DNA from: an uncultured Verrucomicrobiae bacterium
GTDB lineage: Bacteria > Verrucomicrobiota > Verrucomicrobiia > Palsa-1439
DNA length: 64,000 bases
Assembly (NCBI GenBank): GCA_963812605.1
Contig: CAWEWF010000001.1
Span: forward strand, 384,001 to 448,000
Direction of reading: 5' to 3'
Both the position numbers and the translations under genes were made by a program. Below are positions 1 to 10,977 of the stretch, piece after piece. The first letter of the stretch is position 1. Every line of letters begins with the position of its first letter. The notes below the pieces were generated by a model. It did no database searches. It saw nothing but the letters and a program-made list of their open reading frames with translations, and was not told the DNA's origin.

Positions 1-72
1 GAAGAGAAACGGCTCGAAGCCTATGTCAAGAACCTCCAGGCGATGCGTCGCCTGGAGCAACCGGTCAACTAG
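1..72 (+). CDS. C-terminal end of an upstream gene (partial, unknown product)
   Basis: Open frame EEKRLEAYVKNLQAMRRLEQPVN* from base 1 to TAG at 70-72. Confidence 0.55.
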   Translation, partial: EEKRLEAYVKNLQAMRRLEQPVN

Positions 73-103
73 GAACCAACGTGAATTGCATGAGCGGTGA
101 CAA

Positions 104-673
104 ATGACGCCCGCGGCGACGATTAGCATTTGGCAAGGCGTCAACCGCGTGACGGACAACGCAACAGGCAGGACCATGTGGCATCGGATGCTCCACCAGT
201 GTGGAGACGGCCTGTTTTTGTACGCGCGCCAGTTGTGCCGCAACGACGCCGATGCCGCCGACGTGGTGCAGGAGGCCTTTCTCCGCGTCTGGCACAAACA
301 CGCCAACAACGGCGTCACCGAACCGGATCTCCCGGCGCTTTGTTATTCCGCCGTGCGCTATACCGTGCTCGACCGCCAACGAAAAGCGGCGCGACGCTGG
401 CGGCGCGAGGTTGCCGCCGGGGAATCTTTATACGAACAGCCGCCGTTGTTTGAATCGTCCCTCGAAAAGGCCGAGGAGCAAGCCAAACTGGAGACGGCGA
501 TCCGCAAACTACCCGTCGAGCAACGGGAGGTCCTCACGCTGAAAATCTGGGGCGAACTGACCTTTCAGCAGATCGCCACGGTGACCGACGAATCGCCCAA
601 CACGGTGGCGTCCCGCTACCGGTTGGCGCTCGCCGCGTTGCGGCAACAACTCGCGAAGGCAGGCACACCATGA
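104..673 (+). CDS. ECF RNA polymerase sigma-70 factor
   Basis: Region 2 DAADVVQEAFLRVW; region 4 LPVEQREVLTLKIWGELTFQQIA...NTVASRYRLA. Confidence 0.92.
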   Translation: MTPAATISIWQGVNRVTDNATGRTMWHRMLHQCGDGLFLYARQLCRNDADAADVVQEAFLRVWHKHANNGVTEPDLPALCYSAVRYTVLDRQRKAARRWRREVAAGESLYEQPPLFESSLEKAEEQAKLETAIRKLPVEQREVLTLKIWGELTFQQIATVTDESPNTVASRYRLALAALRQQLAKAGTP

Positions 674-1090
674 GTACACCATTCGACACATTGGAACAGC
701 AACTTAACGCTCTTCGTCCGGCGCGTCTACCGGCAACGGCCCGGCGATCCATCTTGCACGAGATGCAACGACCGGCAACCGGACAGGGGTGGACGTTCTG
801 GCAGTTCGCTCACCGCACTGGTTTTCAGGTCGCAATGGCCGGCGCCCTTTCACTTATGTTATTGGTGGGCTGGCATTGGCTGTCCCCGATCCCTGCACCC
901 GGGCTCCCACGCCAATCCGGCGACGGTCATGGCCAGCAACGGGCTGATGCCTTCGCTGGCTTATTGGGAAACTGAACTCGCGGCGGCCTGCCCCATGGGC
1001 GAGAATACCGTTGCCGTGCTCCGTTCGCCTTCGATACTGACAAATCTTCAAATTCGCCGCTGAAGCCGCACCCGCGACACTGACGAGTAA
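670..1090 (+). CDS. Putative membrane-anchored anti-sigma factor (probably frameshifted near its 3' end)
   Basis: ATGA overlap with the sigma gene; LEQQLNALRPARLP N-terminus followed by one TM helix; ORF track ends at 975, so the true end is approximate. Confidence 0.6.
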
Positions 1091-1095
1091 CAATT

Positions 1096-4000
1096 ATGGG
1101 CAAGAAAAACCGCAAGCCGACGAAACCAACCACCACCGCTGCTCCGGTCGCAGTTATGACGGCGCCGGCCGCCGCGCCGCCGGAACCGGCGCAAACCCCG
1201 CAGGGTTTTTTCACGCCGCAGGACTGGATCGCGGCGGTGATCACGTTCCTGATCTCCGGCTTTGCGTTCCTTTATTTCATGTCGCCCGAGGTGACGCTGG
1301 AGGACTCCGGCGAACTCGTGACAGGCGCGTTCAACTTCGGCGTGCCCCATCCGCCGGGGTATCCGCTGTGGGCTTTCCTCGGCTGGGTGTGGCGCCATTT
1401 TGTGCCGTTCGGCAATCCCGCGTATCGGATTTGCCTGATGTCGGTGTTGACGGGCGCGCTGGTGGTCGGCGTGCTGACGTTGTTGATGACGCGTTCGATC
1501 ATGATGTTGCTGCGCTCGGTGACCTGGGCGAAGGACCTGGAAGATTCCATGAAGCACTGGATGGCGCTGACGATCGGGTCCGCGGTGGCGCTGCTCTTCG
1601 GTTTTAACCGCGGCGTCTGGTTGTGGGCCTGCGTGCCCGAGATGCGCGCCTTGAATTTGTTCATGTTCATCATCACCGCGTGCACGTTCTTCGCGTGGAT
1701 GATGCGGCCACAACGGTACGGATTTCTGTACGCAACGATCCTCTTCTATGCACTGGGTCTTTGTGTTCACCAGACCATCGTAGTGATGGCCGCGGCGTTC
1801 ATTCCCGGCGCATTCGCCCTGGGACTTTTGTCGGTGTGGGAGCGGCGGCCCTGGCAGACCGCCGTGGTGATGCCGGCGTTGTCCGCGTTTTGGGAACTCA
1901 CGGTGGCGGCCCTCCTCGGGTTGGCGGCCAGCGCGTATGTCGACGCGTGGTTGCAGACAGGACCCGGTGGCGAGGTGCTGGCGCAGAAAGTGAACATGTT
2001 CATTCTTTTCGGTCCGCCGATTCCCGCGACGGCCTTGATTTTCATGCCGGCGGCGCTGGCCGTATTGCTGCTGGTCTGGATGGGGAATGAAGGGTGGCTG
2101 GATCGAAAGAGGGCGCTGATTTGCACCGCGGCGTTTATCATCGGTTGTAGTTGCTACTTCTATATGTCGGTCTCGTCGTCGACGAATCCGCCGATGAACT
2201 GGGGGTACGCCTACACGAAACAGGGATTCCTCCATACCTTTACACGCGGCCAATACGAGAAGCTTAATTTATCCCCGCCCTGGCACAAGGGGTTCTGGAT
2301 CCAGGCCGGGCTCTTCGGCCGCGCGCTGTTGCAGCAGTTCAGCCTGCCACTTGAGTCCGTAGCGCACAAGCTTAATTGGCCAGCCCTTGCAGACTACGAC
2401 TTCCTGCTCGGCCTGCCGCTTATCGCGTTCGCGTTTGGCACGCTGGCGATGCTGATCGGCTGGTGGAAGGACCTGCACGGGCGGGCCCGCGCCTGGCTGA
2501 TCTTTGTCTGGCTGGCGTTCCTGACGACAGGCTTTGTCCTGTTGATGATCATCAACCCGGGCGTCGACAAGCAGAACCAGGAGATCAACATCAAGTTTTT
2601 CGCGCCCGCGCACGGATTCTTTGCGATGATGATTGGGTATGGAATGGCACTGGCGGCGGCATGGGTGTTGGCCCGTTGGAAGCAGTTTCCACGCGGGTTG
2701 ATGAAGGCCTTGTGCGTGGCGTCGCTGGCGTTGCCGTTGGTTTCCTTCGAGCGCAACCTGCGGAGCTGCGATCAGCGCGACCACGACTTCGGCTACCAGT
2801 TCGGCTACCGCATGTTCCGGCCCCTGGGTGGTTATCCGGATATGGATCGGGACGCCGTCCTCTACGGCGGGAACGGATCCGGGCCGTTTCGTGCCGACGT
2901 ATATGATTTTCTGCGAGAGCCGCGTGCCTCCCAAGGATCGCTACCGCGATCCGCATTTCGATTCCGAGGGCAGCCCGAATTTTGACCGCCGCGACGTGTA
3001 TATCATCACCCAAAACGCGCTGGCCGACAGCACCTACATGTCCTACATCCGCGACCACTACGATTACACGCGGCCGGATCCCAACAACCCGCAAACTCTC
3101 GAGCGCCGGCAGCCCTGGCAGCGGGCGGTGTTCCGCTGGGGTTGGACGCATCTCCATCGCGACACCATGTATCCCAAGGAGCCGATTTGGATTCCCAGTG
3201 AATTGGATACACAACATGCGTTTCAGGAGTACATCACCAACGTGCAAGCCGCCAGGCGCACGGCGAGGTGCTCAGCGCCGACGAAAATGTCACGGTCGAA
3301 GGCGGCGCCGTGCAGGTGCGCGGCGTGGCGGGCGTGATGAACATCAACGGCATCCTCACCAAGTGGATTTTCGACCATGCCAAGGACAAGCATTCGTTCT
3401 ACGTCGAGGAGAGCTACGTCATTCCGTGGATGTACCCGTATCTCACGCCGGCCGGGATCATCATGAAGATCAACCACGATCCGCTGCCCAGCCCGCAGCA
3501 GGACCCGAAACTCTGGCAGGACATCGTCAACCGCGACAAGGCTTATTGGAACAAACTCTGTGACGAATTGAACGCGCGCGAGCAGTTCCACCGCGACACC
3601 GACGCGCAGAAGACATTTTCCAAGCTGCGTTCGGCCATCGGCGGCCTCTATGCATCGCGGCAGATGGCGGTGGAGGCGGAATACGCGTTCAAGCAGGCCC
3701 TCCAGCTCTGTCCGGAAAGTCCCGAAGGCAATTTCCGCCTCGCCCAGCTTTACATGGAGCTTGGCCGCACCGACGATGCCCTGGCCACGCTGGAAGCGTT
3801 GCAGAAACTTGACCCGCTCAACGACAAAATCACGGGGGCCATCGACCAAATCAAGAGCATCAAACAGTCGCGGCAGGATGTCCCCCAACTGGAGGCGGCA
3901 TACACGAACAATCCGCACGACTTCGGGTTGTTGAGCCAATTGGCGCAAGCCTACATGAAAGCCGGACAGAAAGACCGTGTTGATACGCTCTTGGGCAGTT

Positions 4001-4308
4001 ATCTGGCGCAAAAAGATATCCCTCCCGACGCCTTTTTACAGGCGGCCCAGGCCTACTGGAATATTGGCCAACACGAATCGGCCATGAGCGCACTGCAAAC
4101 CATGACGGAGCGTTTCCCGCAGGACGCGCGAGGTTATTACTTCATCGCCATGATGAGCGCCATGGTGAACAACACCGCCACGGCCCTCCCCATGCTGGAG
4201 AAAGCCTTCTCCCTGGCGCCGCAGCTTCGAGCGCAGGCAGCGAACGAGCAGCAGTTCATCAATCTTCGCGGCAACCCGGAGTTCCAGCGGCTCGTCGGCA
4301 CTCCTTAA
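1096..4308 (+). CDS. DUF2723/TMEM260-like GT-C membrane glycosyltransferase with C-terminal TPRs, split by two frameshifts (about 2870 and about 3255)
   Basis: EDSGELVTGAFNFGVPHPPGYPLW motif, many TM helices, PPMNWG; continues in ORF 2828..3337 (GTDPGRFVPTY) and 3268..4308 (TPR-like helices). Confidence 0.85.
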
Positions 4309-4314
4309 TGCGCC

Positions 4315-4974
4315 ATGGCGAGGGAGTCTCACGAAGCGAAGCGGGTTCGCGTCAGGAAAATCATCGCGCTCCTGAAACGCGCGCATCCGGACGCGAAACT
4401 GGCGCTGGATTTCTCGGACCCGCTCGAGTTGCTGGTGGCACTGATCCTTGCCGCGCAGGCGCGGGACGATCTCGTCAACCTCGTGACGCCGGAATTATTC
4501 CGCAAGTATCGCACCGCCGCCGCCTACGCTAACGAGAAGGAAGCGGTGCTTCAAAAGCAGGTGAGCCGGATCAATTTCTTCCGCCAAAAGACCCGCTCGA
4601 TCCAGGGGGCGTGCGCAATGTTGGTGAAGGACTTCGACGGGCGGGTGCCCGAGAACATTGACGATCTCCTGAAACTGCCCGGCGTCGGGCGCAAGACCGC
4701 CAACGCCATCCTGGCCAATGCGTTTGGGCAGCCGGCGATTGTGGTCGATACGCATACTTGGCGGTTGTCGCAGCGTCTGGGATTGACGGGCCAGGACACG
4801 CCGGACAAAATCGAGACTGACCTGGCGGCGCTCCTGCCGCGGAAGGAGTGGACGAGATTCTGCCACCTGCTACAGTTCCACGGGCGACGCGTGTGCACGG
4901 CGAGAAATCCCAACTGCCCGAATTGTTCGATTAACAAACTCTGCCCCTGGCCGGAGAAAACGAAGGCGAAGTGA
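4315..4974 (+). CDS. nth: Endonuclease III
   Basis: HhH motif LLKLPGVGRKTAN, VVDTH, and [4Fe-4S] motif CTARNPNCPNCSINKLC. Confidence 0.95.
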   Translation: MARESHEAKRVRVRKIIALLKRAHPDAKLALDFSDPLELLVALILAAQARDDLVNLVTPELFRKYRTAAAYANEKEAVLQKQVSRINFFRQKTRSIQGACAMLVKDFDGRVPENIDDLLKLPGVGRKTANAILANAFGQPAIVVDTHTWRLSQRLGLTGQDTPDKIETDLAALLPRKEWTRFCHLLQFHGRRVCTARNPNCPNCSINKLCPWPEKTKAK

Positions 4975-5291
4975 AACCGAAGAAGATTGAAACCGTGAAC
5001 AACATCCTCGCCATCGTGTGGGAGGATGGGCACGAGAGCTATTTCGATTTCGAGACGTTGCGGCGCGCCTGCCCGTGCGCGATGTGCAAGGGCGAGACCA
5101 ATGTGCTCGTCGAGTACAAACCGCCCTCGCAGAAGCTCACGCCGGCCAGCTTTGAACTGCGGAGTTGGCAGTACGTCGGCGGCTACGCCATCCAGCCGCA
5201 ATGGGGCGATGGCCATGCCTCGGGCATCCTGTCGTTCCAATACCTGCGTGACCTCGACCCCGATGCGCCCCGGAAACCGGTCCCGTCGTGA
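4971..5291 (+). CDS. DUF971 (GBBH-like N-terminal) protein
   Basis: WEDGHES, LRRACPCAMC, VGGYAI, WGDGHASGI motifs. Confidence 0.9.
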   Translation: MKPKKIETVNNILAIVWEDGHESYFDFETLRRACPCAMCKGETNVLVEYKPPSQKLTPASFELRSWQYVGGYAIQPQWGDGHASGILSFQYLRDLDPDAPRKPVPS

Positions 5292-6088
5292 GAATCATCG
5301 ATCCCCACTGTCACATGGTGGCGCGCGTGACGGATGATTACGAACGGATGGCGCTGGCGGGCATTGAGGCTGTCGTCGAGCCGGCTTTCTGGCTTGGTTC
5401 ACCGCGGACCAGCGTCGGCACGTTCATCGACTACTTCGAGATGATTATCGGGTGGGAGACGCAGCGCGCGAAGAACCACGGTATCGAGCATTTTACCTGC
5501 ATCGCAATGAACCCGCGTGAGGCGAACAACGTCCCACTGACGCGGGAAGTTCTGCCGGTCGTGGAAAAGTTTTGTCGCCGCGAGACTTGTGTCGCCGTCG
5601 GCGAGATCGGTTTCGACCGCCAGACCGACGAAGAGGAAGCCGCTATTCGCGCGCAGCTCAAGCTGGCGAAGAAATTCGACATGCCGGCGCTGGTTCACCT
5701 GCCGCACCAATTCAAAAAAGTCGGCGCTGAGCGCACGCTGCGAGTGGTACGGGACGAAGGGATGAATCCCGACAAAATCCTGCTCGACCACAACACCGAG
5801 GAAACGCTGCCGCTTTATGAAGGCACGCGGTTCTGGCGGGGCATCACGGTGTACCCGGTCACGAAAGTCAGCGTGGAACGCGCGGCCAATATGGTCGAGC
5901 AATACGGCGTCGAGCGCCTGCTTGTGAATAGCGCGTGTGATTGGGGCCCATCCGACCCGCTTAGCGTGCCGAAGGTGGTGCTTGAGTTGAAGCAGCGTGG
6001 TTTTCCTGTCGACCAGATCGAACAACTTGTCTTCCACAACCCGCAGGAGTTTTTCGGCCAGAGCGATAAATGGACGTTCAAAGCGTGA
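5288..6088 (+). CDS. TatD-family metallohydrolase (EboB-like subgroup)
   Basis: IDPHCHM, TDDYERMALAGI...EPAFWLG, AVGEIG, NSACDWG.SDPL. Confidence 0.88.
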   Translation: MRIIDPHCHMVARVTDDYERMALAGIEAVVEPAFWLGSPRTSVGTFIDYFEMIIGWETQRAKNHGIEHFTCIAMNPREANNVPLTREVLPVVEKFCRRETCVAVGEIGFDRQTDEEEAAIRAQLKLAKKFDMPALVHLPHQFKKVGAERTLRVVRDEGMNPDKILLDHNTEETLPLYEGTRFWRGITVYPVTKVSVERAANMVEQYGVERLLVNSACDWGPSDPLSVPKVVLELKQRGFPVDQIEQLVFHNPQEFFGQSDKWTFKA

Positions 6089-6156
6089 GGCAGGGCTTCC
6101 GTCGTCGTGGTCGATTTCACTGGAACTCACGGCGGACGGGATTTATACAAGCGCGT

Positions 6157-7068
6157 ATGAAACGCGTCGGGGCGCTAATGAGCTTGGTTTGCGCCATTCT
6201 CTGTGGCGTATATCCGGTGGCGCAAGGCGAGGACGAAGCTTTGCCCGCGGACGTGTACCGCCTCAAGCTGGGGACACTGGATGAAATGAGCGAGCGCAGC
6301 GTGTCGCGGCAGGGCGACATGGCGCTGGGCATCAAGAGCATCACCTGGCAGCACAGCGAATCCGACCATTTCATTTTTCACACCGAGGTGGGCTTTGCGG
6401 TGACGCAGCTTGTCGGCGTGGCGGAGTGGTCGTATGCGGAGATCAAGAAGGACCTGGAGATCACGCAGGATTCGTTCGAACGCAAATGCCACGTCTACGT
6501 GTTTCTCAACGAACCGGCCTGGCAACACTTTGTCGGCGAAGGCAAGATGGAGCCCTGGACCGGCGGCTGGTGCACGGGACGCGAACTCTTCTTCTGGTCG
6601 CGCCCGAATTTCAAGTTCCAGGGCACGACGCTGCCGCATGAGATGACCCATCTGGTGCTCCATCGGTTCGTGGGCGGCGACATTCCGCTGTGGCTCAATG
6701 AAGGGCTGGCGGAATTCGAAGGCTTTCGCCTCTACCGCACGTATCTCAAGACGCGCAATTACACCCTGCCCAATGTTCGGGACCACCTGGAACGCGACCA
6801 GTATATCTCGTTGGACAACCTGACCGGCATGATCGATTATCCGAGGTCGACCGACGAGGTGACGGCGTTCTACACCGAATCGGAGCGGCTGATCAGTTTT
6901 TTGTACTACCAGCACGGCGGGCGGGAACCATTGATGAAATTCCTGAAACTGCAGAGCGAGGGCGCGCGATTTGATTCCGCGTGGCGGGACATCTACGGCA
7001 CCAAGTCCAGCGACCCGCAGGTGTTCGAAAATAAATTTATCGCGTACGTGACCAAGGCGAAGGAATAG
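6157..7068 (+). CDS. Secreted peptidase MA-like (HExxH) protein
   Basis: Signal peptide; LPHEMTHLVLH followed by WLNEGLAEF (gluzincin-like). Confidence 0.7.
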   Translation: MKRVGALMSLVCAILCGVYPVAQGEDEALPADVYRLKLGTLDEMSERSVSRQGDMALGIKSITWQHSESDHFIFHTEVGFAVTQLVGVAEWSYAEIKKDLEITQDSFERKCHVYVFLNEPAWQHFVGEGKMEPWTGGWCTGRELFFWSRPNFKFQGTTLPHEMTHLVLHRFVGGDIPLWLNEGLAEFEGFRLYRTYLKTRNYTLPNVRDHLERDQYISLDNLTGMIDYPRSTDEVTAFYTESERLISFLYYQHGGREPLMKFLKLQSEGARFDSAWRDIYGTKSSDPQVFENKFIAYVTKAKE

Positions 7069-7093
7069 GCAGCGGAGACACGGAGAAATCGCC

Positions 7094-7648
7094 ATGCGCC
7101 TCTATCGTATCGTACCCGGGTTGGTTGCGCTGGTTCTTGCGCTGGGATTGGCGACGAGTTCCCACGCCAAAAGCGATGAGATAGCCGATGTTTCCAAGCT
7201 CCCCCGGGCGGTCCAGAAAACCGTCAAGGAACAGGTCGCCGACGGGAAGATTCTGAAGATACAGAAAGAGACCGTCGACCGCCGAATTGCCTACGGCGTG
7301 GAATGCGCAAAGGGCGAGAAGAAGTGGCAGATCGAAGTGGCGCCCGACGGCAAACTGTTGCTCCGGGCCGAGGAAATGAATTTGACGGATCTCTCCGCCG
7401 CGGTGCAAAAGACCGTTCGAGAACGCGCCGCCAACGGCAAGATTGAATCCATTGCCAACGTCACTGAAAACGGCCAGTCGTATTACGAAGCCGCCGTGAC
7501 CTTCAACGGCCAGGAGAAGACTTTCATTGTCGGCGTGGACGGCAAACTTCTGGACACGCAAATCCCCGACAACCAGGCCCGCCTGCCCGAAGTTCAGGAC
7601 CCGCGAAACGGCGAACCCAAAGGCGGCGGGTACGAGAGGCCGGAATAG
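7094..7648 (+). CDS. Secreted PepSY-like/BLIP-like repeat protein
   Basis: Signal peptide; two repeats LPxAVQKTV...YE....DGKLL. Confidence 0.7.
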   Translation: MRLYRIVPGLVALVLALGLATSSHAKSDEIADVSKLPRAVQKTVKEQVADGKILKIQKETVDRRIAYGVECAKGEKKWQIEVAPDGKLLLRAEEMNLTDLSAAVQKTVRERAANGKIESIANVTENGQSYYEAAVTFNGQEKTFIVGVDGKLLDTQIPDNQARLPEVQDPRNGEPKGGGYERPE

Positions 7649-7753
7649 GGTTCCATCACCGTCAGGCTTCACGCATTTGTAACAATTTCGCAATCATTCC
7701 ACCACATGACGCGGCTACTCTTCGCTTCGTAGATAGGCGAGAGTTCCTTCCTC

Positions 7754-7791
7754 CGCGGAGGGCGGCGGGTAGTTGCGAACCGCCCTCCGCG
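7754..7791. repeat. GC-rich hairpin (terminator- or REP-like)
   Basis: cgcggagggcgg ... ccgccctccgcg inverted repeat in an intergenic region. Confidence 0.5.
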
Positions 7792-7929
7792 TTAAGGAAG
7801 ACAGAGAGCGACACCTGCCCGGTTTTTTTCGGAAGCATATCCATCCATTGCACGACACCTTGCGCCGTGTTTATTCTGTGAGTACCATTCAGTCGCAACG
7901 GCTGGTTGAGAAGACGATTGGAGGCAATT

Positions 7930-8948
7930 ATGGCGAAGATGCGAGTGGCACAGGTTTCCCGCCCGAAGGGACCCTTCGAGATTGTTGAACGAGAAATCCC
8001 GACGCCCCGCGCCGGATCGGTGCGCGTCAAAGTACAGGCCTGCGGCGTTTGCCACGGCGATGTGCTGACCAAGGAGGGAAGTATGCCGGGCATCCAATAC
8101 CCGCGAGTTCCCGGCCATGAAGTCATCGGGCTGGTGGATGCCGTCGGCCCCGGGGTTGTCAGCTGGACGCCGGGCGAGCGGGTGGGGATCGGCTGGAATG
8201 GCGGATACTGCGGGCACTGTGATAATTGCCGGCGCGGTGATTTTTTTGTCTGCCAGACGGCCACGCTGATTACGGGTATCACGAGCGACGGCGGTTACGC
8301 CGATTACATGGTCGCCCCCGCCGAAGCGCTCGCGCGGGTTCCCGGCGAGTTGTCCGGGGTTGAGGCGGCGCCGCTCATGTGCGCCGGTCTTACCACATTC
8401 AACGCTCTCCGTAACAGCGGCGCGCGGGCCGGCGAACTTGTGGCCGTCTTGGGGATTGGTGGACTCGGCCACCTCGGAGTGCAATACGCGGTGAAAATGG
8501 GTTTTAAGACGGTGGCCATTGCCCGCGGGAAGGACAAGGAACCATTGGCGCGCCAGCTGGGAGCGTGGCATTACATCGACAGCCAGTCGGAGGACCCGGC
8601 GGCAGAACTGGCAAAACTTGGCGGCGCGAAGGTCGTTCTCGCCACGGTGACAAACGGGGAAGCGATGAGCGCGACCGTCGGCGGGCTGGGCACGCATGGA
8701 ACGTTAATGGTCCTCGGCGCTCCGCCTTCGCTGACGGTGTCGCCGCATCCGCTCATCGGCGGGGAACGATCGATCCGGGGCTGGTATTCCGGCACATCGA
8801 TTGATTCGCAGGACACGCTTTCGTTCAGTGTGCTGTCCGGGTGCGGTCGATGAATGAAGTTTTCCCGCTGGAACGGGTAAGCGAAGCCTACGATCGCATG
8901 ATGAGCGGGAAGGCCCGGTTTCGTGTCGTCCTCACCACCGGGCAATAA
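7930..8948 (+). CDS. Zn-dependent alcohol dehydrogenase (frameshift near 8840)
   Basis: CGVCHGD, GHE, CxxCxxC, GIGGLG; C-terminus VRSMNEVFPLERVSEAYDRMMSGKARFRVVL in another frame ending at TAA 8946-8948. Confidence 0.92.
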
Positions 8949-8953
8949 GCGAA

Positions 8954-9349
8954 CTAGACTTTCTGGATTTTCCCGAAGAATTTGTCCACGAATTTGGCGA
9001 TCAGGGGCAGCGGTTTGCATTGGCCGGAGCTGGCGTTGATAATCCCGAGAATGCACAGCACCAGCGCGCCCACTTCCACGGTGATCAATAGTGGAATTCC
9101 GATGCAAATGAAGCAGAGCGGCACGCAGCACAGGGCGCCGACAAAGGCGCAAATATAAAGAGTGAGCGCCTGTTTCGCGTGATAGAGCGAGTACGCATTG
9201 TTCTTATTCGAGATGCACACAATCGACACGATCAAGCCAACCAAAGCGATGGGGATATAAGCCAGTATCGCCATGGTCTTGCCGCTGTCGATTTCCTGCT
9301 GCGAGAGTTGGGAGCCGGTTGCTGGAGGGGGTGTCGTCGCGTCAGTCAT
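8954..9349 (-). CDS. DUF4870-family membrane protein
   Basis: GKTMAILAYI, YHAKQAL, LGIINASSGQCKPLPLI. Confidence 0.8.
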   Translation of the reverse strand: MTDATTPPPATGSQLSQQEIDSGKTMAILAYIPIALVGLIVSIVCISNKNNAYSLYHAKQALTLYICAFVGALCCVPLCFICIGIPLLITVEVGALVLCILGIINASSGQCKPLPLIAKFVDKFFGKIQKV

Positions 9350-9499
9350 GGCAATCTCCTTAAGGTTCGAGGGGTTTCCTCGCTCACTGATTTCCCGCGG
9401 ATCCAAGCCCGTCTTCGATAATCCGTGACGCCCTCCCGTGTGTCAATCGCAAATCGAAACCGCCGGGACGCGCTCGACGCGGGCGAGAAATTGTGTATA

Positions 9500-9973
9500 A
9501 TGGCGAAACCGACCGCCATGAATACATCCAAACTCCAGGCCCTCGCCCAGGATCTCCGCAAACGACCGCCACCCAGCCCGCACGAAAAACTCGGCGGCTA
9601 CGTGATTGCGATGCGCAGCCTCGTGAAATGCCGGGCGTTCCTGCTGGGCATGAACGGCGAATACAATTTTCACCCGTGCGGCCTTTCGGCGTTCCTGTGG
9701 CAGTTCACGGGCATCGCGCCCACCCCGTTCAAGGAATTCGTCGCGACCGGCGCGAGCGACGACGAGGTGGCGCACTGGATCCGCGAGCAGTCCAAGGTGA
9801 AGGACGCCGCGGCGATCATCCGCTGGAACCACCAGATGAAGTGCAAACTCCTCAGCGAGTTGGCGGACAGTTATCTCACCTACTACGAGACGTACATCCC
9901 GCAGTTTTGTCCGCATCCGAACCGCGTCCGTTTCTTCTTCGACGTGTACGACGACGAAGAAGACCGGCTTTAA
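9500..9973 (+). CDS. DUF5069-family protein
   Basis: DLRKRPPPSPHEKLGGY, KCRA...GEY, FVATGASDDEV, FDVYDDEEDR; the start may be ATG 9518. Confidence 0.8.
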   Translation: MAKPTAMNTSKLQALAQDLRKRPPPSPHEKLGGYVIAMRSLVKCRAFLLGMNGEYNFHPCGLSAFLWQFTGIAPTPFKEFVATGASDDEVAHWIREQSKVKDAAAIIRWNHQMKCKLLSELADSYLTYYETYIPQFCPHPNRVRFFFDVYDDEEDRL

Positions 9974-10000
9974 GCGGAACGGCGCCTCGGTTGCGGTGAA

Positions 10001-10498
10001 ATGGAGATCACCCTCAAACAAGCAACGGCGGCGCAAGCCGGGGCCGTCGCGAGGCTACGGGTCGCAGCCAATGAAAAACTCACGCGCGAGTTTGGGCGCG
10101 GGCCGTGGACATCCACCGTGACCGAGAAGGGAATCCTGTACGCCATGCGCCTGGGGCGTGTCTACGTTGTCCGGGATGGGCGAGCGATTATCGGCACCCT
10201 TCAATTGACCACGAAGAAGCCGTGGGCGATTGATCGATCGTACTTCAGCAAGTGTGAACGGCCGCTGTATCTCCTGGCGATGGCGGTCGAGCCGGACCGG
10301 CAACGGCGCGGCATCGGTCGCGCCATGCTGGAGGACGTGAAACGCATGGTGCGAGCGTGGCCGGGAGATACGATTCGGCTCGATGCGTATGACTTGCCCG
10401 GTGGCGGCGGCGAATTCTACGCCAAATGCGGTTACCGCGAAATGGGACGGGTCACCTATCGCGGCGCGCCGCTGATCTACTACGAGCTACTGTTGTAG
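10001..10498 (+). CDS. GNAT N-acetyltransferase
   Basis: MAVEPDRQRRGIGRAM acetyl-CoA motif; FYAKCGY. Confidence 0.88.
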   Translation: MEITLKQATAAQAGAVARLRVAANEKLTREFGRGPWTSTVTEKGILYAMRLGRVYVVRDGRAIIGTLQLTTKKPWAIDRSYFSKCERPLYLLAMAVEPDRQRRGIGRAMLEDVKRMVRAWPGDTIRLDAYDLPGGGGEFYAKCGYREMGRVTYRGAPLIYYELLL

Positions 10499-10517
10499 AA
10501 CGCGGTCAGGCCGGCAA

Positions 10518-10547
10518 TTGCAGACCACGGCGAGGCTGCGGTATTCT
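10518..10547 (+). promoter_or_regulatory. Sigma70-type promoter, probably leaderless
   Basis: TTGCAG-N18-TATTCT-N6-ATG(10554), no Shine-Dalgarno. Confidence 0.55.
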
Positions 10548-10553
10548 GACGTC

Positions 10554-10901
10554 ATGAATTTATCCATCGTGTACCGGACTGTGGTGCTGTTGATTTGCTC
10601 GAATACCTTTATGACCTTTGCGTGGTACGCCCACTTGCGAAACTGGGGCGACAAGAAATGGTACATCGCGGCGTTGTTGAGTTGGGGGATTGCGTTGTTC
10701 GAGTATTTGCTCCAGGTTCCCGCCAACCGCCTCGGTTACACCACCATGAGCCTGGCGCAATTGAAGGTGACCCAGGAAATCATCACGCTCACGGTGTTCG
10801 TGCCATTTGCTTTTTTCTACATGCGCCAACCGCTCAAGCTCGACCTTTTATGGGCCGGGGTTTGCCTGGTCGGCGCTGCGTACTTTATGTTTCGCGGATG
10901 A
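10554..10901 (+). CDS. DMT-superfamily protein (DUF486)
   Basis: SNTFMTFAWYAHL, SWGIALFEYLLQVPANR, QLKVTQEIITL. Confidence 0.9.
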   Translation: MNLSIVYRTVVLLICSNTFMTFAWYAHLRNWGDKKWYIAALLSWGIALFEYLLQVPANRLGYTTMSLAQLKVTQEIITLTVFVPFAFFYMRQPLKLDLLWAGVCLVGAAYFMFRG

Positions 10902-10977
10902 CGCTGCGTTGACCTCGAGACAAAACATCCACCGGCGATAGCGCTTCCGAAACCGCCGGCGGATTGTTCAGGACTTT

